Assembly (NCBI GenBank): GCA_913775595.1
Contig: CAJYLB010000001.1
Coordinates: 1,191,135 to 1,245,344, forward strand
Direction of reading: 5' to 3'
DNA length: 54,210 nt
DNA from: an uncultured Aquiluna sp.
Lineage (GTDB): Bacteria; Actinomycetota; Actinomycetes; Actinomycetales; Microbacteriaceae
The position numbers and the translations under genes were made by a program. Position 1 is the stretch's first letter. Every line of letters starts with the position of its first letter. A model generated the notes under the pieces. The model was given only the letters and a program-made list of their open reading frames with translations, made no database searches and was not told the DNA's origin. Shown here piece by piece: positions 17,242-27,363 of the stretch.

Positions 17242-18068
17242 AGAGAGTCGTTGTCCTAGGCGATGTCATTGAAGATGTCATCGTCATCTCAAAGGGCTCG
17301 AGGCAACCAAACACAGACAATGCTGCGCAGATCAACTCCAAGCCGGGAGGGTCGGGAGCTAACTTTGCAGTTTGGTTAGCATCCCTGGGCGTCGAGGTTG
17401 AGTTGATCTCCCGAGTTGCAGCGAGCGATAGGGCGCGGCTCACTAACTACTTCGAGACCAAGTTTGTAATCGCCAAGCTGGAACCCGATCACGAGCTCGA
17501 CACTGGCAAGATTGTGGTTCTCGTGGAGGGCAATAGCCGCACCTTCTTCACCGACCGCGGGGCAAACCAGAGGCTAACTGCTAACTCGGCTGATCTTTCA
17601 AAGACGGACGTGCTCTACCTTTCTGGTTACGCCGTGATGTCGATGGGCATTGAGCGAACCCAAGAGCTAATAGAAAAGGCGAGCTCAGTCGGCACGCTGG
17701 TGGCAGTCGATCCTGGCAGCAGCAGCTTCATCTCAGAGTTTGGAGCCGGCCGCTTCCTCGAGGCAATCACGGGCGCAGATTTTGTTTTTCCAAATTCCGA
17801 TGAGTATGAGCTTCTATCTAGTACGGCGAACCTCCAAGAGTTGTTTCCCGAGGTAATCGTCACCGGTGGAGAGACTGGTGCAGAGGTGTTGGGTATTGCT
17901 AGCGCCCCAGCAGTCGCTGTTGAGGTTGTCGACTCTACCGGGGCTGGGGATGCCTTCGCTGCTAAGTATCTTGCTCAACGCCTTGCCGGGCTAGATGCCA
18001 AAGAGGCGCTCGTTGATGCCAATGCCTTTGCCGCGCTAGCCGTCACCAAGGCTGGTGGCCAGCCCTAG
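17238..18068 (+). CDS. PfkB-family carbohydrate kinase (probable pseudouridine kinase)
   Basis: PGGSGAN and DSTGAGDAF signatures; coupled to psuG. Confidence 0.88.
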   Translation: MKRVVVLGDVIEDVIVISKGSRQPNTDNAAQINSKPGGSGANFAVWLASLGVEVELISRVAASDRARLTNYFETKFVIAKLEPDHELDTGKIVVLVEGNSRTFFTDRGANQRLTANSADLSKTDVLYLSGYAVMSMGIERTQELIEKASSVGTLVAVDPGSSSFISEFGAGRFLEAITGADFVFPNSDEYELLSSTANLQELFPEVIVTGGETGAEVLGIASAPAVAVEVVDSTGAGDAFAAKYLAQRLAGLDAKEALVDANAFAALAVTKAGGQP

Positions 18069-18071
18069 TTT

Positions 18072-18923
18072 CTAGTGGCCTTTGGGGTGCCAGACGGTCT
18101 TGACCTCCATAAGGTCAAGTATGTGCTGGAGGTTACCCTTTGATTCAGATCTTGGGTAGGTCCCCGGCCTGATAACCCTCTTCACGGTGGTTGCGGCAGA
18201 TATCTCAAGCTCGGTTGGGTTTGAAGTTCCCTCAAGGTCAACCGCGTTCACGTCCATGTGGCCGACTAGCCAGCTGGATAGCTCACTCTCTTTGCCGCTG
18301 AGGATATTCACAACACCGCCCGGCAGATCGCTAGTCGCCAAGACCTCGCCAAAACTTAGTGCTGGCAGAGACAGCTTTTCGCTGGTTACCACAACCACGG
18401 TGTTGCCCGAGAGAATCGCGGGAGCAATCGTGTTCACAAAGCCAACGAGACCGCTGTCCTGAGGAGCAAAGGCGCCCACAACCCCCGTGGGCTGATTGGT
18501 GGAGATGTTGAAGTATGGGCCCGCAACAGGGTTCATGCTGCCTGCTACCGAGTCAATCTTGTCGGTCCATCCCGCATGCCAAACCCAAGAGTCGATGGCG
18601 GCGTTGACCTCAGCCTCAGCCTGCCTCTGGGTCTTGCCCGTTAGAAGGGCGAGCTCAGCGACAAACTGCTCTTTTCTCCCCTCCAGCATCTCGGCAATGC
18701 GGTAGAGAACCTGGCCGCGGTTATAGGCGCTGGCCGATGCCCAACCGGCCTGGGCAGCTCTTGCCGCCTGAACCGCATCGCGAACGTCCTTGCGAGATGC
18801 GAGGGCAACGTTTGCCACATGCCTCGACTTGGAATCTTTTACTTCGTAGCTGCGACCCGATTCGCTTCTTGGGAACTTGCCCGCGATGAAAAGCTTGTAG
18901 GTCTTCTTCACATCTAAACGCAA
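18072..18923 (-). CDS. Short aldehyde-dehydrogenase-family protein (NAD-binding domain only)
   Basis: KTYKLFIAGKFPRSESGR, LPGGVVNILSG, EVKTVWHP; lacks the catalytic Cys domain. Confidence 0.85.
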   Translation of the reverse strand: MRLDVKKTYKLFIAGKFPRSESGRSYEVKDSKSRHVANVALASRKDVRDAVQAARAAQAGWASASAYNRGQVLYRIAEMLEGRKEQFVAELALLTGKTQRQAEAEVNAAIDSWVWHAGWTDKIDSVAGSMNPVAGPYFNISTNQPTGVVGAFAPQDSGLVGFVNTIAPAILSGNTVVVVTSEKLSLPALSFGEVLATSDLPGGVVNILSGKESELSSWLVGHMDVNAVDLEGTSNPTELEISAATTVKRVIRPGTYPRSESKGNLQHILDLMEVKTVWHPKGH

Positions 18924-18924
18924 T

Positions 18925-20352
18925 TTACTTACCTGCTTTCAGGTAGGAAAGGAGGCCCTGGCGGCCACCCTCTCGGCCGTAGCCGGATTCTTTGAAGCCA
19001 CCGAATGGGCTGGTTGGGTCAAACTGGTTGAAGGTATTGCTCCAGATAACACCCGCATTGAGCTGGTCCGCGAGCTTCAGCATCTTGGAGCCCTTCTCGG
19101 TCCAGATTCCTGCGGAGAGACCGTACTCAGTGTTATTTGCCTTCGTTACAGCTTCGGCTGGGGTTCGGAAGGTGATGACGCTGAGTACCGGGCCAAAGAT
19201 TTCCTCCCGAGCAACGGTGTTGGCGGGGCTCACGTTGTCGACAATGGCCGGTGCAAACCAGAAGCCGTTTCTGGGGATCTTGCACTCTGGCTGCCAGAGC
19301 TCGCCACCCTCACTGACTCCCATTTTGACAAGTTTCTTGATCTTGGCAAGTTGGTCGGCCGAGTTGATAGCGCCCACATCTGTGTTCTTGTCCATGGGGT
19401 CACCCAGCCTCAGAGTGCTCATCCTGCGCTTTAGCTTTTTGATGAACTCATCATGAATTGACTCTTGGACCAGCAGTCTCGAACCCGCGCAGCAGACGTG
19501 ACCCTGGTTGAAGAAAATGCCGTTTACTACTCCTTCGACTGCCTGGTCGATGGGCGCATCGTCGAAGACGATGTTTGCAGCTTTGCCCCCAAGCTCAAGT
19601 GTCACCTTCTTATCGCTACCGGCAACCTGCTTGGCGATTAGCTTGCCAACCTCAGTCGATCCCGTGAAGGCAACTTTGTTTACGTCCTTGTGACCCACCA
19701 GCGCAGCTCCTGTGTCACCGAAGCCGGTCACTATGTTTACAACGCCGTCTGGGAGCTCGGCCTGCTGGCAGATCTCCGCGAACAGCAGTGCCGTAAGAGG
19801 CGTGGTTTCCGAAGGCTTCAGCACAACAGTGTTTCCAGCTGCTAGAGCCGGGGCGATCTTCCAGGCCAGCATCATCAGCGGGAAATTCCACGGCACTACC
19901 TGCGCCGCTATGCCAAGGGCCTTGGGGTTGGGGCCGAGGCCCGCATAGTCCAGCTTGTCGGCCCAGCCGGCGTAGTAGAAGAACCAGGAAACAGCCGTAG
20001 GAACATCAAAGTCCCTGGTCTCTTTGATGGGCTTTCCGTTGTTTAGCGTCTCTGCAACTGCCAACTCGCGTCCGCGCTCCTGCATGATTCTTGCGATGCG
20101 GTAGAGGTACTTGCCACGCTCTGCACCCGAGAGCTTGCTCCAAACCTTTTCGTAAGCTGCGCGAGCTGCCTTGACGGCAAGGTCCACGTCCCTTGCGGTT
20201 CCGTGGGAGATCTGAGCGAGCACCTCTTCAGTTGCGGGGTTGATGGTTGGGTAAAGCTTCGCGGGCTTGGTGAACTTGCCGCCGATGAAGTGGCCGTAGC
20301 TCTTTTCAAAACTTGCGAGTTTCGCTTCCGGGGCGGGTGCGTAGTCGAACAT
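18925..20352 (-). CDS. Aldehyde dehydrogenase
   Basis: PWNFP, FTGST, LELGGK, FNQGHVCCAG, EEIFGP. Confidence 0.95.
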   Translation of the reverse strand: MFDYAPAPEAKLASFEKSYGHFIGGKFTKPAKLYPTINPATEEVLAQISHGTARDVDLAVKAARAAYEKVWSKLSGAERGKYLYRIARIMQERGRELAVAETLNNGKPIKETRDFDVPTAVSWFFYYAGWADKLDYAGLGPNPKALGIAAQVVPWNFPLMMLAWKIAPALAAGNTVVLKPSETTPLTALLFAEICQQAELPDGVVNIVTGFGDTGAALVGHKDVNKVAFTGSTEVGKLIAKQVAGSDKKVTLELGGKAANIVFDDAPIDQAVEGVVNGIFFNQGHVCCAGSRLLVQESIHDEFIKKLKRRMSTLRLGDPMDKNTDVGAINSADQLAKIKKLVKMGVSEGGELWQPECKIPRNGFWFAPAIVDNVSPANTVAREEIFGPVLSVITFRTPAEAVTKANNTEYGLSAGIWTEKGSKMLKLADQLNAGVIWSNTFNQFDPTSPFGGFKESGYGREGGRQGLLSYLKAGK

Positions 20353-20360
20353 GATCTCTC

Positions 20361-21317
20361 CTAGTCCACGCTTACGTAGTCAGGACCCAAGTAGGTCTTG
20401 GTCAAAAGTTTCTTGCGCTGCATCAGCACGTCGTTGAGCAGGCTCGATGCGCCAAAGCGGAAAAGGTTCGGGTCGAGCCAGCGCTCACCAGCGATCTCCT
20501 TGACCACTACCAGGTATCTGAGGGCATCTTTGGCAGTTCTGATGCCGCCGGCAGGCTTCACACCAATCAGCTCACCGGTGTCTTCATGCCAGTCACGAAC
20601 TGCCTCGAGCATCAACAGAGTTGTTGGCAAGGTTGCGTTCACGGATACCTTGCCTGTTGAGGTCTTGATGAAATCCGCACCGGCGAGCATCGCTAGATAA
20701 CTTGCCCTCCGGATGTTGTCATAGGTCTGCAGTTCCCCGGTTTCAAGAATCACTTTGAGGTGCGCAGGGGCGCCTTTGGGCCGCTTGCAGGCTTCCTTTA
20801 TGGCCTGAATCTGCTTGTAAACCTCTAGGTAGTTGCCGCTTAGGAATGCACCACGGTCGATGACCATATCAATCTCGTCAGCGCCATTTGCAACGGCGTC
20901 TTTGGTGTCCTGGAGCTTGACCTTCATGCCTGCCCTTCCAGAGGGGAAGGCGGTTGCAACTGCGGCAACATAGATCTTGCTCCTGCCTAAGGCCGCCTTC
21001 GCAAACGTCACCATGTCGCCATAGACGCAGATTGCTGCTGGAGTTGGGCACTCTGGGTCATCCAGGTCTGGTGTCATTGCTTTTTGGCAAAGGCTACGAA
21101 CCCGCTCGGGGGTGTCCATGCCCTCCAGGGTCGTAAGGTCCATCATCTTGATCGCCATATCCAGACCCCAGGCTTTTGAGCTGGTCTTTATGGACCTGGT
21201 GGCGAGGGAGGCTGCTCGAGCCTCGAGGCCTACCTTGTCGACACCGGGCAGCGAGTGGAGCCAACGGCTCAGGCTCTGGTTCGTAATCCTCGAACCAACG
21301 ACTTCTTCGGCTTGCAC
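20361..21317 (-). CDS. deoC: Deoxyribose-phosphate aldolase
   Basis: DLTTL, GADEIDMV, LKVILETGEL, GADFIKTSTGK, KPAGGIR, RFGASSLL. Confidence 0.95.
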   Translation of the reverse strand: MQAEEVVGSRITNQSLSRWLHSLPGVDKVGLEARAASLATRSIKTSSKAWGLDMAIKMMDLTTLEGMDTPERVRSLCQKAMTPDLDDPECPTPAAICVYGDMVTFAKAALGRSKIYVAAVATAFPSGRAGMKVKLQDTKDAVANGADEIDMVIDRGAFLSGNYLEVYKQIQAIKEACKRPKGAPAHLKVILETGELQTYDNIRRASYLAMLAGADFIKTSTGKVSVNATLPTTLLMLEAVRDWHEDTGELIGVKPAGGIRTAKDALRYLVVVKEIAGERWLDPNLFRFGASSLLNDVLMQRKKLLTKTYLGPDYVSVD

Positions 21318-21347
21318 TAATACTCCTAGGACTGAAAAAGCCTACTC

Positions 21348-22202
21348 CTAGGCAAGAAACCTCAGGCCAGTTAGCTCCTCACTTATTTCCCAGAGACGTT
21401 TCATTAGCTCTAGGTCTTGTGAGCGCTTCGATCCTTTTATGAGCGCAGGCCTGCCCCAAGCCTCCCACCTTGGGCCCACAAACTCACCCCCCTTAAGAGT
21501 TGCGTCAGTCGCAGCTTTGATCTGGCTCCGAGCTCCGGTTTGAGCATCTTGGGCGAGAAAGTCAAAGCGGTTTGGGTAGTTGATTTGCAAACCTGTTAGC
21601 GCCCAGCCTGGGTGCGCAGCAATGGACTTCACCCGAGAGCCAGTCTGTTTTGCTCTGAGGTCGAGCTCTCTTGCAAAGAGCAGGCATGCGAGCTTGGTGT
21701 CGGCATAGCGCTGCCAACGGTCATAGGAGTCTTTTTTGGAGCCGCGGATCTCTTCGAGAGAGTCGGCTTTGAGCCTTCCTCTGCGATGAACCACGGAGCT
21801 CAACGAGATCACGCGAGGCTCGTTCGCCTCCTCCAGTTTTTCCCACAGCAACGAGGTAAGCAGGAAATGGCCGATGTGGTTGGTTGCCATTTGAGACTCG
21901 ATGCCCTCAATAGAGAGCGAGAAGTCAGGACCCATGAGACCCGCATTGTTCATCAGAACATCTACCGGTTCTGTGATCTCTCGAGCGAAACCCCTTACCT
22001 CGTCAAGGTTTGAGACGTCGAGAACTCGCTCTTCAATGCGAGCATCGGGGAATTTGAGCCTGAGCTGTTCCGCGGCTTCGAGCAGCCGCTTCTCTCCTCT
22101 GGCAACCAGGGTGATGTTGTGGCCGGCTTGGGCGAAGTGGTTGGCACTTGCCAGCCCCAGACCAGAGCTACCACCGGTGATGATGATGTTTTTGGGTGTC
22201 AA
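21348..22202 (-). CDS. SDR-family oxidoreductase (retinol-dehydrogenase-like)
   Basis: TGGSSGLG, NNAG, TNHIGHF, YADTK, HPG. Confidence 0.9.
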   Translation of the reverse strand: MTPKNIIITGGSSGLGLASANHFAQAGHNITLVARGEKRLLEAAEQLRLKFPDARIEERVLDVSNLDEVRGFAREITEPVDVLMNNAGLMGPDFSLSIEGIESQMATNHIGHFLLTSLLWEKLEEANEPRVISLSSVVHRRGRLKADSLEEIRGSKKDSYDRWQRYADTKLACLLFARELDLRAKQTGSRVKSIAAHPGWALTGLQINYPNRFDFLAQDAQTGARSQIKAATDATLKGGEFVGPRWEAWGRPALIKGSKRSQDLELMKRLWEISEELTGLRFLA

Positions 22203-23185
22203 ATCCGAAGCAGCCTCTCGGTGTCCCCAAACACTTCCATCGCCCCCGATGTAGCTTTTGCTTCTAGAACTGTATTGCCATTGATGCTGTGACGGACCTC
22301 AAAGACTGCATCCATAGTCTCTTCGACCCTTTGGTGCATAGCCTCTCGGAGCGGAGCATGAAGTAGCCCACCACGCTTTCGCTCGGCCCTAATCTCAAGC
22401 AAGCCATCTGGGCCGGCCACTCTCCACGTGACATGGCTATCGTCCAGGGTTAGCTCCAGCTCCTTTGAGCGGTTATAGGTAGTCCAGCTGTGGAGCTTGC
22501 CAGAGTGGTGAAGGCCCATGATGAAACCCCGAAAAGGCTTAGAGAGCCACGGGATAATCGCCGCCGAGGCCACCAGCGATGCGTCACGGTCGCTGTCTAG
22601 GTGGTTGGAGTGCAGCCAGATGTAGCCGCTGGGAAAGTTCTTTCCCCAGTCTTTTTCGATGTAACCCTTGGCGCCTGAGAAGCTCTGCTTTTTTCCCTCT
22701 ACTTCTAATTGCCCCTCGATGCTGTGGCCGAAGGAAACGATTCCGTGGAAGCACTCCATGAACGGCACGAGCCCATACCAACCCATGATCCCTGGACTAG
22801 CCAGGGTTACCGGCCAGGGCTTCAGCTCGCTAGTTATCTCAAGCGTTCCTTTTAGCTGAGGCAGGTCAAGAGTCGCACCTTTGGAGCTGAAGTGATTTGG
22901 TCCGATGTGAACATCGAAGCTATCGGCGCTCGCCCTAAATTCTTCGACTGGGAAGACGTGATACCAGCTTCTCCCTGTTGCCCCGTCCAGCACCTGAACA
23001 AATGCCTCGTCGCGGCTTTCGCCACCGAGACCTCTAAAGATTCCCGGGATCACAGCCCAGCGCTGAGACTGGTCTTGTGAGACGAACTTGAAGTACCAGC
23101 CTTCAAAGAAGTTCTTGGTTTTTCCCTCGCCGTGAAAACCCTCGGGGTGTTTCACACCTGTGATGTAGCTACTCAGAGAGCGCAT
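22199..23185 (-). CDS. Tocopherol-cyclase-family protein
   Basis: FFEGWYFK, MGWY..VPFMECFHG, GYIEKDWGKNFPSGYIW. Confidence 0.85.
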   Translation of the reverse strand: MRSLSSYITGVKHPEGFHGEGKTKNFFEGWYFKFVSQDQSQRWAVIPGIFRGLGGESRDEAFVQVLDGATGRSWYHVFPVEEFRASADSFDVHIGPNHFSSKGATLDLPQLKGTLEITSELKPWPVTLASPGIMGWYGLVPFMECFHGIVSFGHSIEGQLEVEGKKQSFSGAKGYIEKDWGKNFPSGYIWLHSNHLDSDRDASLVASAAIIPWLSKPFRGFIMGLHHSGKLHSWTTYNRSKELELTLDDSHVTWRVAGPDGLLEIRAERKRGGLLHAPLREAMHQRVEETMDAVFEVRHSINGNTVLEAKATSGAMEVFGDTERLLRI

Positions 23186-23241
23186 GGCTGACAGGCTAAT
23201 ACGGCAAGTAAACTAAAGCCAGTTTCGATCCGAGGTGATAA

Positions 23242-24450
23242 GTGCAAGCTGGCACTCGCCTCACCATGCGCCTCGGCATGGCCCAGATCATCGGCTGGGG
23301 TTCTTCCTTTTATCTCCCAGCAATTCTTGCCGTTCCGATAGCTCAGTCATTGGGCATCACAACAGAGCTCTTCTTCTGGGCCTTCACCATCTCACTGCTT
23401 GTTTCAGGCCTACTTGGCCCGAGGGTTGGAAAGGCTATCGATCGATTGGGCGGTAGGAAGGTTCTGCCGTGGGGTTCGGTCGCCTTTGCCATCGGCCTGG
23501 CATTGCTTGCCACCGCCACCGAGCCCGTGCAGCTGTTTGCAGCGTGGATCCTGATCGGGGTTGGCGGCTCAATGGGCAACTACGATGCTGCATTTGCAAC
23601 AGCGGTGAACTTCTTTGGGAACAGGTCAAACAAAGTCATTGCGGGCATCACGGTTTTTGCCGGATTCTCCTCGTCGATCTCTTGGCCCCTTACAACTCTG
23701 CTATTGACTGAGTTTGGTTGGCAGTGGGCGGTCTGGTTCTGGGTTGCAGCACATCTACTTGTTGGCCTGCCTCTCAATCTGACAATTCCTCGCTCTGAGC
23801 GCAGAGAGGTTCCAGACATGACGGGGCCGATCCGGAAGATGGTGAAAAACAAGTTTCGCTTTGATTCGCTTCTGGTTGTTTTTGCAATCATGTTTGCGCT
23901 CGAGGGCTTCATCGTCAGTTCGGTGAATACGACGCTGCCATTCATGCTTGGGGAGCTCGGGGCTTCAATCGAGCTTGCTCTGATTGCGTCGATAGTTCTT
24001 GGCCCTGCTCAGGTGATGGCGAGAGTGCTGCTTTTGGCACTTGGTAAGTGGGCAACGCCAATTAGGGTCGCAGCGATATCTATTGCCGCCCACCCACTTG
24101 GGGTTCTGGCTATCTGGCTCTTTGGCACAAACGGGCTCATGGCCTTTGTGATCCTTCACGGCATTGGGGTTGGACTGAACCCATTTATTAGGGGTTCGCT
24201 GCCGCTGTTGTTCTTTGGGTCAGATCGCTTTGGTCAGCGCCAGGGCTACATCATGATGCTGAGCAAGGTTGTGTCGGCCCTCTCACCAACCGCGCTAACT
24301 CTAATGCTGCTTGCCAATCCGCAACTGGCTATAGCCGCCACCTTCACCATGGGCGTCATCGCGTGCTTGCTGTTGGTGTGGATATATCTTCTCTTCAAGG
24401 CGCGGAACCCTAAACATCCTGAGACTGGTGAGATTCGGGAAATCAGTTAA
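23242..24450 (+). CDS. MFS transporter
   Basis: About 12 TM segments, GKAIDRLGGR motif A. Confidence 0.88.
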   Translation: MQAGTRLTMRLGMAQIIGWGSSFYLPAILAVPIAQSLGITTELFFWAFTISLLVSGLLGPRVGKAIDRLGGRKVLPWGSVAFAIGLALLATATEPVQLFAAWILIGVGGSMGNYDAAFATAVNFFGNRSNKVIAGITVFAGFSSSISWPLTTLLLTEFGWQWAVWFWVAAHLLVGLPLNLTIPRSERREVPDMTGPIRKMVKNKFRFDSLLVVFAIMFALEGFIVSSVNTTLPFMLGELGASIELALIASIVLGPAQVMARVLLLALGKWATPIRVAAISIAAHPLGVLAIWLFGTNGLMAFVILHGIGVGLNPFIRGSLPLLFFGSDRFGQRQGYIMMLSKVVSALSPTALTLMLLANPQLAIAATFTMGVIACLLLVWIYLLFKARNPKHPETGEIREIS

Positions 24451-25046
24451 CGAGAGATCAGGTCTGCTGGGTCGCCGCTTTCTACCCAGTCGATCAGGCC
24501 GGGCCACGGGCCCCAGCCATCGTCAAGGCTGAAGTGACCAGCGCCTTCAAACACGATCGGTTCAATTCCCAGAGCTGGTTTGTAAATCTCAACACCCCTT
24601 GGCAGCCAGCGGTCGTTGTCACCTGCGATTGCCTCCAAAGACCTCGCCCATTTCTTTGCCTGGGGTTCGAGCAAGGGATTGGTTAGGTCCATTGGGTCAC
24701 CCTCAATACCCGAGGTTTCGGAGGTCATTTGCGGGTCTGGGGGAGCAACCAGCAGCACCCTGTCAAAGGGCGCGTTGAACATGTCCCCGAGAGCTCCATA
24801 GAGCCAATTAATGGTTCCCAGAGAGTGGGCAATGCAAATCTTGCTGCCACCAGGAACCTCATCCATCATGTTGCTCTCCTGGCGCAGAAGGTCCTGCCAC
24901 TCGTGGGGCTTGGGGGTGTCAGGGTCTGGAAACTGCGGGTACCAAACCTGGTTGCCTCCTGATCTGAGCTCGGCTGCACTGAGTCTCATCCAGTGGCCCT
25001 CGGGACGGCGATTGGTCCAGCCGTGGAGGAAAAGGATTTTGTGCAT
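24447..25046 (-). CDS. Alpha/beta hydrolase (RBBP9/YdeN-like)
   Basis: LHGW, HW, AHSLG nucleophile elbow, LVAPP, DND, AGHF. Confidence 0.85.
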   Translation of the reverse strand: MHKILFLHGWTNRRPEGHWMRLSAAELRSGGNQVWYPQFPDPDTPKPHEWQDLLRQESNMMDEVPGGSKICIAHSLGTINWLYGALGDMFNAPFDRVLLVAPPDPQMTSETSGIEGDPMDLTNPLLEPQAKKWARSLEAIAGDNDRWLPRGVEIYKPALGIEPIVFEGAGHFSLDDGWGPWPGLIDWVESGDPADLISR

Positions 25047-25073
25047 GAAGAACTTAACCGAGAAAAAGGCCGG

Positions 25074-27149
25074 CTAGTCCTGCAACTTCATTCGAAGGGC
25101 GTTAGCAACTACCGACACAGAGCTAAATGCCATGGCAACCCCTGCAAGCATGGGGTTTAGAAGTCCCGCGGCAGCCACCGGAATCAGCAGGATGTTGTAG
25201 CCGAAGGCCCAGCCAAGGTTTTGCAGGATGTTGCGATAGGTTCGGCGGCCAAGCTTTAGCGAGGAGGGGATCTTTCTGGGGTCGTCATCGAGAACCGTGA
25301 TCGCACTCGCGGCCTGAGCCGCTTGAGCGCCTGATCCCATGGCAATTCCAATGTCCGCACTGGCCAGAGCCGCAACGTCATTGATGCCATCGCCGACCAT
25401 TGCCAGCTTCTCAGGTTGCGATGTTAGGTATTCGAGCTTGCCCTCTGGTGAAGCGGAGGCTAGAGCCTCATCGAGGCCAAGTTGGCCTGCGACCGCGTCA
25501 ACGCGCCTTTGGTTGTCGCCAGATAACATGGCCACCTTTAGACCCATTGAGTGCAACTCACTAACGGTTTCCCTGGCGCCCTCACGCAGGCCATCACTGA
25601 GTTCAATCAGGCCGTGGGCCCAGCCCTCCCAGGCAACTACTACCAGGGTGTTGGGCCCGGCATTTTGGATTGCGGCATCAAGCTCCGCCTGATTTTCGTA
25701 AATGCCAGGCTTTTCAACACTCACCCTGAGAGCGTCGATGTCTCCAGCAACGCCGCGACCTGAGATCTCCTCAATGTTTGAGGCGACGTAAGTGGTTCCG
25801 CTGGCAGCTATGGCCATTGCCACAGGGTGTTTGCTGCCGGCTTCGACGGCTGCGGCCTTAGCCACGGTATCCTCGGCAGTAACGCCGCCGAGACCATGGG
25901 CTTTGACGATACTCAGCTTCCCGTCAGTTAGTGTCCCGGTCTTGTCGAAGACAACCTTGTTTATTCTGGCAAGCAGCCTGAGGCTGTCGGGGTTTCGAAT
26001 TACGACCGACTTTTTGGTGCCGAGACTGGTTGCCACCACCAGGCTCATTGGTACGGCAATACCTAAAGCGCAGGGGCAGGCGATCACCAGCACCGCGACC
26101 GCAGCCTCAAAGGCTCGCGTGCTGTCTCCGAGAGCAAGTGCCCAGACGAAGTAGGTGGCAATGGAAATCACAATGACGCTCGGCACGAACACACTGGAGA
26201 TGCGATCGGTTAGGGAACCAAGTTGGGTCTTGCTCGCTGTTGCCTCGCGGACCAGGTCCGCGATTCTTGAGAGCCGTGAGGTTCCAGCACTTGCGGTTAG
26301 GCGAATGATTACTTCTCCCGATAGCACTGTGGCACCGGCACTCAGTGCCTCCCCAGCCCGCAGCTCAACCGGCAGGCTCTCTCCAGTCAGGGTTGAGTTA
26401 TCTACCGAGGCGAATTCGCTGACCAGGGTCCCATCTGCGGGGACGCGATCACCCGCTACTACAACTACCTCGTCTCCAGCCCTGAGGGTGTGAGTGGGCA
26501 CCTGCTCGCGCGTCCCGTCTCGGATGACTGTTGCACTGTCGGGGATGGCGCTCAGTAGCGCCCTAACAGAATCAGTTGCACTGCGTCTTGCCCTAACCTC
26601 AATGAATCTTCCAAGGAGGACAACCGAGGGAACTACCGCGCTTACCTCGAAGTAGTGGTGAGTGGAGCCGGTGAGCACCAGGTAGATGCTGTAGAGGTAG
26701 GCCACCGAGGAACCAAGCGAAACGAGGGTGTCCATGGTGGTGTCGCCGTGGCGAAGGTTTTTGATGGCAGCCGCATGAAACGGAAAGCTGACATACAGAA
26801 TCACCGGTGTCGCAAGTGCCCAGACCAAGAACTGCTGGCCCTCAAACTCAATACCGGGCACCATCGAAAACACCATCGCCAGCAGGGACAAGACTGCGCC
26901 CGTGATGAGCCTCGGCTTCAGAGTCTTGAGCTCTTCCTTGCCCTCTCCGACTTTGTAGCCGGCGCTCGCAACAGCCTCTTTGAGCACATCAAGTTCAATC
27001 TCACCGGCAAACTGCAGGTGAGCCTTTTCGCTTGCGAAGTCAACGTAGGCAGTTACGCCATCGACTCTATTTAGCGTTTTCTCAACTCTTCGGGCGCAAG
27101 CCGTGCAGGTCATGCCCTCGATGTCGAGCTCTACGAGATTATTAGCCAT
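25074..27149 (-). CDS. copA: Cu(I)-translocating P1B-type ATPase
   Basis: GMTCTAC metal-binding domain, TGES, CPC, DKTGTLT, HP, GDGIND, YN and MxxSS motifs. Confidence 0.92.
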   Translation of the reverse strand: MANNLVELDIEGMTCTACARRVEKTLNRVDGVTAYVDFASEKAHLQFAGEIELDVLKEAVASAGYKVGEGKEELKTLKPRLITGAVLSLLAMVFSMVPGIEFEGQQFLVWALATPVILYVSFPFHAAAIKNLRHGDTTMDTLVSLGSSVAYLYSIYLVLTGSTHHYFEVSAVVPSVVLLGRFIEVRARRSATDSVRALLSAIPDSATVIRDGTREQVPTHTLRAGDEVVVVAGDRVPADGTLVSEFASVDNSTLTGESLPVELRAGEALSAGATVLSGEVIIRLTASAGTSRLSRIADLVREATASKTQLGSLTDRISSVFVPSVIVISIATYFVWALALGDSTRAFEAAVAVLVIACPCALGIAVPMSLVVATSLGTKKSVVIRNPDSLRLLARINKVVFDKTGTLTDGKLSIVKAHGLGGVTAEDTVAKAAAVEAGSKHPVAMAIAASGTTYVASNIEEISGRGVAGDIDALRVSVEKPGIYENQAELDAAIQNAGPNTLVVVAWEGWAHGLIELSDGLREGARETVSELHSMGLKVAMLSGDNQRRVDAVAGQLGLDEALASASPEGKLEYLTSQPEKLAMVGDGINDVAALASADIGIAMGSGAQAAQAASAITVLDDDPRKIPSSLKLGRRTYRNILQNLGWAFGYNILLIPVAAAGLLNPMLAGVAMAFSSVSVVANALRMKLQD

Positions 27150-27363
27150 TTACGGTTGCAAAACCAGTTGCCTGGTAGCCAGCCTCTTCGATTGCTGCCG
27201 AGAGCTGGTCTTCACTAACACCCTCTGACTCAATCGTGGCCTTGCCTGCGGCGTGATCAACCTGTACATTGCTGACTCCCTCTAGGGTTGCAAGTTCATT
27301 GGTGACGCTCATGGCGCAGTGGCCGCATGTCATGCCCTCGATGCTGATTTCAATCTTGCTCAT
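27142..27363 (-). CDS. copZ: Copper chaperone (HMA domain)
   Basis: MSKIEISIEGMTCGHC...AIEEAGY; start at ATG 27363 after AAGGAG. Confidence 0.9.
   Translation of the reverse strand: MSKIEISIEGMTCGHCAMSVTNELATLEGVSNVQVDHAAGKATIESEGVSEDQLSAAIEEAGYQATGFATVNG

Noticed and set aside
18072..18923. Short ALDH as a pseudogene
   Set aside because: Intact ORF retaining both the N-terminal and the C-terminal KTVW segments, as expected for the conserved partner gene of deoC clusters
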